NCBI GenBank assembly: GCA_047967505.1
Contig: CM106538.1
Length of the DNA: 64,000 nucleotides
Reading direction: 5' to 3' (one strand)
DNA from: Dipteris shenzhenensis
Taxonomy: Eukaryota
Shown here: positions 51,485-62,159 of the stretch, one piece after another
Layout of the letters: every line of letters starts with the position of its first letter
Position numbering within the stretch: the stretch's first letter is position 1
Program-made: the position numbers and the translations under genes
Notes under the pieces: generated by a model
Seen by the model: only the letters and a program-made list of their open reading frames with translations
Database searches by the model: none
Told to the model about the DNA's origin: nothing

Positions 51485-52203
51485 AGGCAATGAAGATTGG
51501 AGTGCATGTGATCAATAGTTCACCTACTAAGAGTTTGGATGGTGGTATTCTTGAAGAGGCATGGAGTGGCAAGAAGCCCTCTTACTCTCCTTTTCATATA
51601 TTTAAGTGTGAGGCATCTGCACGTGTCAAAAGAGCTTCAGAAGAAGCTAGATCTTAATTCTAGGAAATGCATCTTTCTGGGTTATGGTGAAAGTGGAGAG
51701 ATGGGCTATCGTCTATGGGATCCAGAAGCAAAGAAGATCATATGAAGCCATGATGTGGTATTAATGAGAAGAAGACGCATAAGACACCCATGAGGGATGT
51801 GGAAATGAGGAGAATCACTTTCCAGGATGCGAATCCTCCTGGAATGTTGATAGATAGCAAGTTGTCCATGCATCGAATGTGCAAGAAATGGTGCCACCTT
51901 ATACTCCCATAGGTACATAATCAAGGGAATATGATGGATCATTTATTGGTGGAAATTATGAGCCAAATGTGGATGATATGCAAGTGGAATAGCTACCTGA
52001 AATGCCCTTGAGAAGATCAACTAGAATGTCTAGAGTGCCTCATAGATTTGTTCCAGGGGCAGACTATGTGATGCTTACTGATTTCATAGACTATGTGATG
52101 CTTACTGATTTCACAGACTATGTGATGCTTACTGATTTCGAGGAGCCTTCTTGTTATAGAGAGGCTATGATGTGTGAGGATCAGCGCAGCTGGGAGTATG
52201 CTA
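51485..52203 (+). repeat. ~720-bp inverted duplication of copia segment 49401-50124
   Basis: Near-identical reverse complement; ORFs 52002-52229 and 49300-49602 share the DYVMLTDF triplication. Confidence 0.95.
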
Positions 52204-52510
52204 CCAAGCACTTTTCACCTAGCTACTAAGTGTAGGGCAATGGGAGATAATGGAAGAAGCACATGCAAGCAAAGGCTTATCGTGGACTCCCCGGCAATGA
52301 TGCCAAAAATGTGGTCTGGCAGTGACACATGTTGTGGGGGTCTTGAAGGGATGCCGTTGGAGCCTCCTACACCATTCTACTCCTTGTGGGAGCAATACAA
52401 GCACATACAATCCTAGAGTGTCATGCAAATAGCTTCTGAAATGTGAACCCTCAAGAGGAGAAGGGGAGAGGGAGAGGGAGAAGAAAAGGGAAGGGGAGTG
52501 GGAACCATGA
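52204..52510 (-). mobile_element. Athila-like LTR end with PBS; target of the 52511-58802 insertion
   Basis: Minus strand ..GACCACA TTTT TGGCATCATTGCCGGGGA (52288-52305) resembles the Athila PBS TGGCGCCGTTGCCGGGGA; sequence resumes at 58803. Confidence 0.65.
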
Positions 52511-52978
52511 TGAGACATCCATATCTGATTACTTCTAGCTTTACATTGAATCACGGGCACATGCACTTGTTTTATCCTCCTAGCCAACCTCGGTGGTAGC
52601 AAGCTTCTCAGCAAAAATCAAGAAGAAGCCATTTTCATAAAAGCTTTAGCTTGCTTAATCCCAACGAGCCCCAAAACTCCCTAGATGGATCTAGCATGCC
52701 ACATGTCTTCAATTTAGGGTCCTTCCTTAATGCATCATTTACCCCTCTCTTGGGATATCTTTGAAACATTTGCCCCTAGGCATATTTCATGCATTTAGGT
52801 CCCTTAGCCTTAGATCCACCTAGTCTAGTGCCATGTCACCCACACCAAGGACCTTGACCTTTATTCCTTTTTGATCATTTACATGTAGCTCAAACAAATA
52901 TAATACAAACATTGATCCTTTAAAGCAAAATATCGACTGACCCTTTCGAGGTCATGTTACCTCAACTTGAGCGTAACG
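52511..52978 (-). repeat. 3' LTR (468 bp)
   Basis: Direct repeat of 58343-58802; abuts PPT GAAGAGGGAAGGAA. Confidence 0.95.
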
Positions 52979-55900
52979 TTCCTTCCCTCTTCAAGCATCA
53001 ATGTCCTCGACGATGAAGTCTAGGAACACTCTCTGTAACTGGTATACGAATTCCCAGGTAGCTTCTGATACAGGTAGACCATGCCATGCAACCAACACCA
53101 TAGGTATCTTCCGATTGCACACTTGCATTGTTCCTCGGTCAGGATTCCTATTGGTTTTCGTCTTGCATTATCCTCTATCTCCTGAAACAAAACAACACCC
53201 TTGATTAATGAGTCACCTGTATGCAAAAATTTCTTTAAACGAGAAACATGAGACACTAGGTGCACCTTACAACCCTGTGGCAATTCTAATTTATAGGCTA
53301 CCTTGCCTATTCTTTTTAGAATTAACCATGGCCCACAATATCGAGGTGATAACTTAGCACACTCTCCTGCAGTCAAAGACAGAGTGCGAAGGAACTATGA
53401 GAAAAACTTTTTCTCCTTCCTTAAATTCTCTAGCGGATCGGTTTTCATCCGCATACGCCTTAGCTCTATCCATAGCTTGGCGGATGCTAGCTCTCGCAAG
53501 TGCTAGCATCTACCGCATCTGAACCACAAAGTTCGCGGCACTAGGCACTTTCTGAGGTATTCCAACTATAGTTGGATTCGCTGGCCTATAACCATAGTTC
53601 AGCTCAAATGGACTGAACCCTGTAGAGGAATGTTTTCTATCATTGTAGGCAAACTCTAATAATGGCAACCACTTGTCCCATGTATGTTGCCTCAATGACA
53701 CACATGCTCTAAGCATATCCTCTAAAATTTGGTTGATTCTTTCCGTCTGACCATCCGTTTCTAGATGATTCCCACTATTCATTCCCAACTCAATCCTTAG
53801 TGTCTCAAATACTGCAGTCCAAAAATGACCGGTAAATTTGACATCTCTGTTTGACACTATGGATTTGGGTAATCCATGCAAACGAAATATATGTCTAATA
53901 AACAAATCTGCCACTTGCAGGGCACTAACAGACTCTCTAGTTGGAACTGGATGAACTCGTCCATCTTTTGAGTTTCTCTAATCTCGATCATTAGAGCACT
54001 CTCTAACATCGTGAAACTCATGTTATGCATAATGCGTGACAACACATCAGCAACTTTATTATCCTTCCCTCTTCGGTACCGAATTGTCAAATTAAACTCC
54101 TGCATGAGTTCTGCCCACCTAGCTTGGCAGCCTCTCAAGTTAGGTTGTTTACAAAAATGTTTCAGAGTATCATGATCAACATCCACATAAAATTCTGATC
54201 CATACAAATAATGTCTCCATGTTTTCAAAGCATGGACAACAGCATACAACTCTAATTCATGAGTTGGCCAATTTCCTTGAGAGGGAGAAAGCTTCTTGCT
54301 TTCAAAGGCTACTAGCCTTCCCTCTTGGTGGAGAACTGCTCCTACCGCAATGCCACTTGCATCAGTTTCAAGGAAAAACAGTTTCTGGGGATCAACTATT
54401 TTTAACACCGGTTCTGAGACCACAGCTTATTTTATGGTGTGAAAACTTTCCTGTTGATTCTGTCCCCATATAAAAGGTGCTTTATCTGAGGTCAGATCAG
54501 TCAATGGCGATATTATTTCGGAATATCCTTTGATATGCCTTCGATAAAATTGGACAAATCCCAAGAATGATCGCAAAAAGCGGTCAGACTCTGAGGGATT
54601 GGCCAAGTCAGTATCTTAGCCACTTTCTTTGGATCCATTTCTACCCCCTCAGGAGTAATTATGAATCCTAAATACTCAAGTCTTACCATACACAGTATAG
54701 TCTTCTTTTTATTTACATAAAGATTGGCTTTCCTCAAAGTATTGAACACTATTCTTAAGTGTTCATGATGCTCAATAATACTTTTACTGAATACCAGAAT
54801 ATCATCAATAAAGTGTACTACAAACTTTTCGATATACGGACGTAGTAAATCGTTCATAAGCATGACGAATGTAGCTAGAGCATTGGTAAGTCCAAAGGGC
54901 ATTACCAAAAACTCATAATGTCCAAACCTGCTTCCAAAAGCGGTTTTATGCACATCCTCGGCTCTAATACGGATCTGATGGTAGCCACACTTAAGATCTA
55001 TCTTACTGGAAATTACGGCCCCATGTAATGCATCTAGCAAATCATCGATCCAAGCCATCGGATACCTGTGCTTAATAGTGATATTATTCAATGCTCTGTA
55101 ATCTAGACAGAGACGAAAAGTATCATCTTTCTTCTTCTTTAATATCAATGGCAAAGCAAAAGGTGAAAAACTTGGTTGAATCTACCCCAACTTGAGGTAT
55201 TCTTCCAGTTGTCTTTGCACCTCCGCCTCTTCAGTAAAACTCAACCTATAGGGAGGTCTACTTACAGGTTCTGCCCCCGAGATTAGTTCAATCTTATGCT
55301 GAACATTCCGCTCTGGAGGTAACCCATAAGGTAGCTCATCCCTAAAACAATCAGAGAACTCCTCTGTTATTTAATCAGCCAGCTTGGCCATCTCTCCATT
55401 TTGGGCAACATCAGTGCTGGCCGAAGAATCATCAATCGGCTCTACCGATGCTGTACAAAGAAACAAAAACTCTTCTTGAGCTTTTCGAATTTCCATCACG
55501 GAAACCAACGGTTCTTGAGGTATATCCTTTTCACCTCATAAGACATACATCACATCATTCATCTTGAATTGATAAATGTGCTTTTTCCAATCTATGGCTG
55601 GATTCTTCCTAGAATGCCAAGCCTTACCCAGGGCTATGTTTGCATGAGCAAGCTTAGTCATTTCAAAATCAAGCTTCTCAGCATAGTCCTGAATTCAAAG
55701 CTCCAACTGGGTAACCCTTTGGTCCCATACTTCAGTTGAACTTCCGTCTGCCATCCTGACTGTATATGCATAGTCAGATGGGCTAGTCTTTAGTTTCAGC
55801 CTCTTTACGAGCTTGGAGTTAATTACATTGTGCGTTGACGCTGAGTAAAACAACACAATGACTTGATGATTAGCTTCTTGCCCTTTCATCTTAATTAACT

Positions 55901-58327
55901 CTGTATCATTAAAGGCTGTATACCCCGTTGCTGTGGGCTTTGACAAGATATTATCAAGTGCACTAGTTACTAACTTAGCAACAGACACACATAACAAAAA
56001 AGGTACTGACCTTTGAGAAGATCTCGCTAGCTGAATCTGCATCTGTTCTGCTCTGGGACTTCCCTCCATTTCCACATTGCATTTTGAGACCATCATCTCA
56101 GCCATCCAACGATCTTTGTTTCGTGGACAATCTTTCCATTGATGAGGCTGAAGGCAACCAAAACACAAGCCTTCTCTCCTCGCTTTTTCCCTTTGCTCTG
56201 GGTTCAAAGAGGACTTCGACCAAGCCCGGGCTACCATTGGTGTTACTTTTCTTTTCATTCCAATGGTGGTACTTGATTTAGGAGTCTCAACTGGTTTTGC
56301 CTGCTTGGCTTGACCACTAGGCTGTGAGGCACTCCCTTTGCTAATCCACTTCTTCTTAAACCCAGTTTTCTTCAGGTACCCATACTGAGTCCCAACCTGC
56401 ACAAACCCCCTTGGTCTATTCCCTTTTGCATCCTCATAGTTCAGGGCTATGGCAATCGCTTCATCTAGCGTGTTCGCATACTTAGCCCGAACTTCCATCT
56501 TTATCCGATCATTCAATCCAAAGATAAAATCTTTTACTTGGATTGACTGAGGTAGGGGTTCATCAACCTTCATTACACTTTCTCTAAACTTATCAGTGTA
56601 TTCTGCCACTGATAAATTTCTTTGACGAAGGTTTTGATACTGGTCCCAAGCTCGGGATGCTTCGTCAAGAGGTAGGAAGTGTTTTCTAAATTCCTTTTAA
56701 AACCCCTCCCAAGTAATGGATGCTACTCCATCTTTCTGTTGTTTTATCCACCACCTATCCGCTGCCTCATTAAACATATGGGTGGCCTCGCGGATTTTCT
56801 TCATATCATTCCTGATTTCACAAATGGCGAATGCCTCGTCCCATTTGTGTAACTAGGTCTCTATGATATCGGAACTACTGTCAAACATCCGACCAGAATA
56901 CTTTTCTGGCCTATAATTGGCAATATTAGGCACCTTAGCCCTCCTAGGCTCGACCATACGAACACTCCGGTTCCATCGAAGATTACCTTTCTCCTCACGA
57001 GATGGTTTGGCAGACATACTATGCACCATTTTCCTGAGCTCAGACTGCCCTACATTTGTTTGTAACTGCTGCACTAAAATCTATTACAAGGCATCCTCTA
57101 ACATTGCAATTCTACCAGATAGTGTATGACCTGTTGGACGCGACACCTGCGGGGTCGGCCGGACTCGCGACTCTACGGGACCCATCCTAGAAGCTTCTTC
57201 TTCTACTTCCATTTAGGTCAATGGGTGTGTGTGTGTGTGTGTGTGTTTTTAAAAATAAAAATAAAACACTGCTTGCAACTGTAATTACAAATCGAAAGTT
57301 CAACTTCCAACTTTACAACAAACCAAGCATATATCACACTATAACCAAAACCACTTTTCATTGTACTAGGGAAACTCCTACAATCCGAAATAACTTAAAC
57401 ACGGAGGCAATTAAATAAGTATATGCTCCCACAAAACTTAGAAGGCATAGAAAGCTCCCTGGTTATATCTTTGCTGCATGAAGAGATTAACTAGTCCCCG
57501 TAAGCCACTCCAACATGCATTTATGACCTGCCTTGTAATCACAAACATGCTGTACGGTCATAACGTCAGACCCTTGCAAAGTAACTGACCCACGACCTCT
57601 GTTACGCACCAACCTTTGGTGTTAACCAAAGCTCCGCCAACTGGTCAAGACTTGCAAATTCCACGATGCTACGTTTTTTTTTTCACATACAACGAGACGC
57701 TCATCTATGAGTTACCAGCATCGAAAACGTTAAAGGATCTCCTCTTAATGCAGATGTCTAGATCAGTTTCCCTATCCCTAAAATAGTTGCAGGTTGACGA
57801 ATGGAATCACAATAAAATTAATTACGAAACTAGTCTATACTCCTAGGCTCCTGAAGTCCCGTCTTGACAGCAAGTCCCTCCCCGCGATATCACGGAGTCC
57901 TGAATGTAACCACCCGAAATCCTTTGCGTGATACCAAAGTATGAACCTACGGCTGTATGCGATCCACTATCACACAATAGCTCTTTGTAGGTAGTCGTAA
58001 CTCCAGTAACCTCCTCACACGATGTCAAGGAACACCAAACTGTAACCAGCATTGCGATGACGTCCGTGGACACACAGTACCTTTGGTCATGCACTGCTCA
58101 TCAGCGCTGCTCCTAATCACGTAACATAAATCTGAAAAGCCAGAGTTCCAACTCCTGCGACAACCTCCCTTAACAAACGACTTTGCAAGCATCAACGTTG
58201 ACGAACTACAGGGTGTCCCCACCAAACGACACAGATAATCTGTCAGGATTCAACACAATCCATCCACACCGCCAATCGACCAGCTTACATCCACGCCTAC
58301 CCAAGACCTTCTCGTGATCCACCTGCA

Positions 58328-58339
58328 GCTCTGATACCA
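58328..58339 (-). promoter_or_regulatory. Primer binding site, tRNA-iMet (TGGTATCAGAGC)
   Basis: Plus-strand gctctgatacca, 3 nt from the LTR. Confidence 0.95.
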
Positions 58340-58342
58340 AAA

Positions 58343-58802
58343 TGACACATCCAAATCTGATTACTTCTAGCTTTACATTGAATCACGGGCACATGCACTT
58401 GTTTTATCCTCCCAGCCAACCTCGATGGTAGCAAGCTTCTCAACAAAAATCAAGAAGAAGCTGTTTTCATGAACGCTTTAGCTTGCTTAATCCCAACAAG
58501 CCCCAAAACTTCCTAGATGGATCTAGTATGCCACATGTCTTCAATTTAGGGTCCTTCCTTAATGCTTCATTTACCCCTCTCTTGGGATATCATTTGCCCC
58601 TAGGCATATTTCATGCATTTAGGTCCCTTAGCCTTAGATCCACCTAGTCTAGTGCCATGTCACCCACACCAAGGACCTTGACCTTTATTCCTTTTTGATC
58701 ATTTACATGTGGCTCAAACAAATATAATACAAACATTGATCCTTTAAAGGAAAATATCGACTAACCCTTCCGAGGTCATGTTATCTCAACTTGAGCATAA
58801 CG
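58343..58802 (-). repeat. 5' LTR (460 bp)
   Basis: Direct repeat of 52511-52978. Confidence 0.95.
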
Positions 58803-58899
58803 CACGAGGCAAGAGAGAGGAAGAGGGGTGAGAGGAATTGGGTTGCAAGGAGGCTATATGGCTTGATCGGCTAGTGGGAGACTCGGGGATTCATACAGG

Positions 58900-59095
58900 T
58901 GTATCGCCATTGCATAGTGACTCCATGAGTGCTATTCAACTAGCACGGAATCAGGTCTTTCATGCAAAGACCAAACACATTTAGGTCAAGTACCATTTCA
59001 TCAGGGAGATACTTAAGGACAAGCACATAGAGCTTGTCAAGGTTTATACAGATGATAACCCTACGGATATACTAAAGAAGAGTCTACCTAGTCAA
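58900..59095 (+). mobile_element. Ty1/copia RNase H C-terminal fragment
   Basis: DSMSAIQLARNQVFHAKTKHI*VKYHFIREIL..IELVKVYTDDNPTDILKKSLP. Confidence 0.88.
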
Positions 59096-60829
59096 GGGTT
59101 TTGAGTATTGTCATGTCTTTATGGCCACTAGTTGTTCTCCCTTCAAGGCACATTGTCCTTTAAGCGAAAGTTTGGGGGGATTAAAGGCCATTTTGCCTTA
59201 ACCTCGGTTATATACAAAATATTCAACATATATATATAAATGACATGGAAGATAAGGGTGTGTTCCTCTCTGGCTCTTACTCTCTCTTGTTTTCACTTTC
59301 GTTGTGAACTCACCCCCAGTTATGTACACAATACTCAACATCTATATATGAATGACATAGAAGCTAAGGGTGGTTTAGCACCCACAAATCTAAGTGTTCC
59401 TCTCTGGCTCTCACTCTCTCTTGTTTTTGCTTCTGTTGTGAACTCACAAAAATGTCCACTAACTCTTAAGTTCCCTTGGCGGGGCAAGCTATTAAAAATA
59501 ATGCACTTCAAATTACATAGCCTTGGCTTTTCCCTTGATTAACGTCCTGCAAAATGATCAAAAATACGAGTGGAACTTAAAGTAGGAGCAAGCCTTTATA
59601 GAAATGCCAATGAAAATGCTTAAAAGAGCACCCATCTTCATCCCCCAACTACAATCTAGAGTTCTACATTGTCTTCATCCCCCAACTATGATCGAGAGTT
59701 CTACATTGTCTTAGCCATAGGGGCTTGAAGGATGGCATGCTACCTTTCTTAGCTCATGAGATAAGTTGCACCGTCATTTGTAACAATTGAACCTTGCTTA
59801 TAAAAAGACCTTATATACCCATGCAACACCTAATTCTAGCAAGAATATTTGTTGCCCACATGAAGGTAAAATCTTTGTTGGGAATGAGGCACTTCACCTC
59901 ATGCTCAAGAAACTTATGGGACAATTATTACAATAGTAGGGGAGGGAAAGAAGAGTAGACGAGTGAAGAGAGGAAAGCAAAGATATTAATGATTGCCATA
60001 AGGAGGGGGATGAGAGGAATGCAAAGACTAGTGAGGGTGCAATTGGAAGACTGTAATCACCTCCCATTTATTTTTTTATTATGTTGTTCTTACAATGTTT
60101 TTTTTGTTTTTGTTTTTGAAACAATGTTATGAAGCATAGCAAGGAGAAATTCACGTGATCTTTTTGCTAAATTGGCATCACCAAAGTGCCTTCTTAACCT
60201 AGCCGAGACCTAGCCACTCCATCTCTTTCAACCTATGAAACTAATTGGAGGCTACTCTTCCCTCTCCTTCCCTCCTATTTCTTTACTCCCTTATTCATAC
60301 AAGTTTATGTAGCCTAGTGGTAAAATTTCTTCTATGAGTATTGGTAAGGTTTTGAAGTAGCCCCTTCTGGTGAATCAATACAATCGGAAGCCTTTCCTAC
60401 TCTGCGACTTTCCACATATAGAACCAATTGCAATCCTCACACCAAAATCAAATACCTCTTGTTAAGATAATTAAGGAAGATAAATTAAGTTGATGGAATC
60501 AAGGGCCCTTAGAATGCGTTAATGGGGATGTAGGTGAGTAAAGTAACGTTGAATCATGGGAAGGCTTTAGGAGCAAAGTAATAACTTCATATGTGGAATG
60601 ACTTTTCATATTAAAATCAACACAATTGAAGTAAAACAGTTGTTTGAACCTACATTGCCGCAATTCATTCATCATATTATTTTTTTGCAAATCTCATATG
60701 GAAATCTATGACCAAAGTTCCCGCAGAAAATGCCTCCTACACCCCTATGTGTCTAGCAATACACCTTTCGTCATACACATTATCCACTCTAACTTATGAG
60801 CTCCACAAATATGGCTCCCAATCTCTTTG

Positions 60830-61052
60830 CTAATACCACTCTTCTCCTATGTGTTGATTTCCTTCACTTACATGTGTCGCAATTGTATCATTTTGGGAGA
60901 GTATATGTTTGAACCATAGGGCTGATAATCTAGCGTATCGATCAAGATTTTCATCAACATAATATATGCCAAATCTCGTCTCCAATCCTAGCGTTGTCTC
61001 AAATCCATCAACGAGAGACCACACAAACATGCCTCGTACATTTGCTCCATCT
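60830..61052 (-). CDS. GH1 beta-glucosidase-like gene, last exon
   Basis: AG acceptor 61053-61054; DGANVRGMFVWSLVDGFETTLGLETRFGIYYVDENLDRYARLSALWFKHIL..EEWY*. Confidence 0.9.
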
Positions 61053-61322
61053 CTGCATCCACATCGATAGCCATTGTATAATGTGGGGAAGAGATTAAAC
61101 CTATCATTTCAAGCTTTGAAGTAAATTGGCATGTTCTCATATCAACAAGTGTACATCATATTTCATCTTTTTAAAAGTGAACATTTCTACGTATACACAA
61201 ATGTACTCTTGAACACTTTTCTATCTTCTTTTTTTTAATGTATGACCTTTTCAAGCCTTAACCTGATATAGACCTAACAAATATTCTATTTTGAAATCTT
61301 TTCACATAAATGAAAGACATAC

Positions 61323-61410
61323 CGTATCCCTTTGATCAACGATTTTAAATATGTTGAATAAAACTCCACTCGATCAACATCATCCAAAGAGGTGTTTGAC
61401 ATGCCCCAAC
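61323..61410 (-). CDS. GH1 beta-glucosidase-like gene, penultimate exon (88 nt)
   Basis: AG/GT bounded; (G)WGMSNTSLDDVDRVEFYSTYLKSLIKGI(R); phases match both neighbours. Confidence 0.88.
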
Positions 61411-61515
61411 CTATGCCATAATATGAATATCATTACCATACTATTTTTTAAGAGTACAAGACAAACTCACTACTAATTGATGTTTTAAGAAAAATAAAAG
61501 GACATGAAACCTTAC

Positions 61516-61612
61516 CAAGTGCCGTTATGTAGGTTGGGAAGTTGTCATAATGAGTCCTCATGTAGCCTACAATTTTTTCCATGCACCATGGTACAGAATA
61601 TTCGCCATCATT
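61516..61612 (-). CDS. GH1 beta-glucosidase-like gene, nucleophile-region exon (97 nt)
   Basis: AG/GT bounded; NDGEYSVPWCMEKIVGYMRTHYDNFPTYITAL(G). Confidence 0.88.
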
Positions 61613-61714
61613 CTGCATGGTGACAACAAATTATGTAATAACTCTCCTTTTAAAAGAAAGTGAATAGATTTTTTTGAAAGCAAAAAAGGACAAAGGTATT
61701 ATTAGTAGCAATAC

Positions 61715-61743
61715 CTTGCCAATGACCACTCCGTCTTTATATG
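61715..61743 (-). CDS. GH1 beta-glucosidase-like gene, short exon (29 nt); upstream exons not seen in the window
   Basis: AG/GT bounded; YKDGVVIGK corresponds to the short ..NG.PIG. exon of plant GH1 genes. Confidence 0.75.
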
Positions 61744-62159
61744 CTGAAACGATAGTTTCAAAAAGTGCTTAGAAAACAAGGTGAAGGGAATGGGAAGAAG
61801 AAATAGAATTCGTTTCAATGTTTATTAAAGTTTGAGAGGGTTGGATTATGAGAGATAAAACGCAAACACCCTAAACTTTCTTATGAAAAAGCTATTAACC
61901 AAGTTTTGAAAGGGTGGAAAAAATTGCTTCTCATTTTCAAATGGGAAGAAGACAGATCACTCATTCTACCGTTTATCAAAAGTTTGAGACCAAAACTTCT
62001 TATGAAAATTTCTATTAACCAAGTTTTCAAAGGGTAGAAAGAATTGCCTAAATTCTTTTCATTTCATAATGCTAATCGGAGAAAAGAAAAGAAAATGCAT
62101 TTCAAATGTTCGGAGAAAACGTAATGAACCTTCATTTTTCACCTCTAAAAAATATTTTA

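Larger units (their letters stand above)
52511..58802 (-). mobile_element. Ty3/gypsy LTR retrotransposon with internally deleted integrase; TSD CATGA/CACGA
   Basis: LTRs 52511-52978 and 58343-58802 (~19 substitutions and one 8-bp indel by eye); PBS 58328-58339; PPT 52979-52992; gag CFGCLQPHQWKDC; PR VLFYSASTHN (Asp lost); RT FIDDILV; RH ETDASGIAVGAVL; INT begins mid-core at ~53914. Confidence 0.96.
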
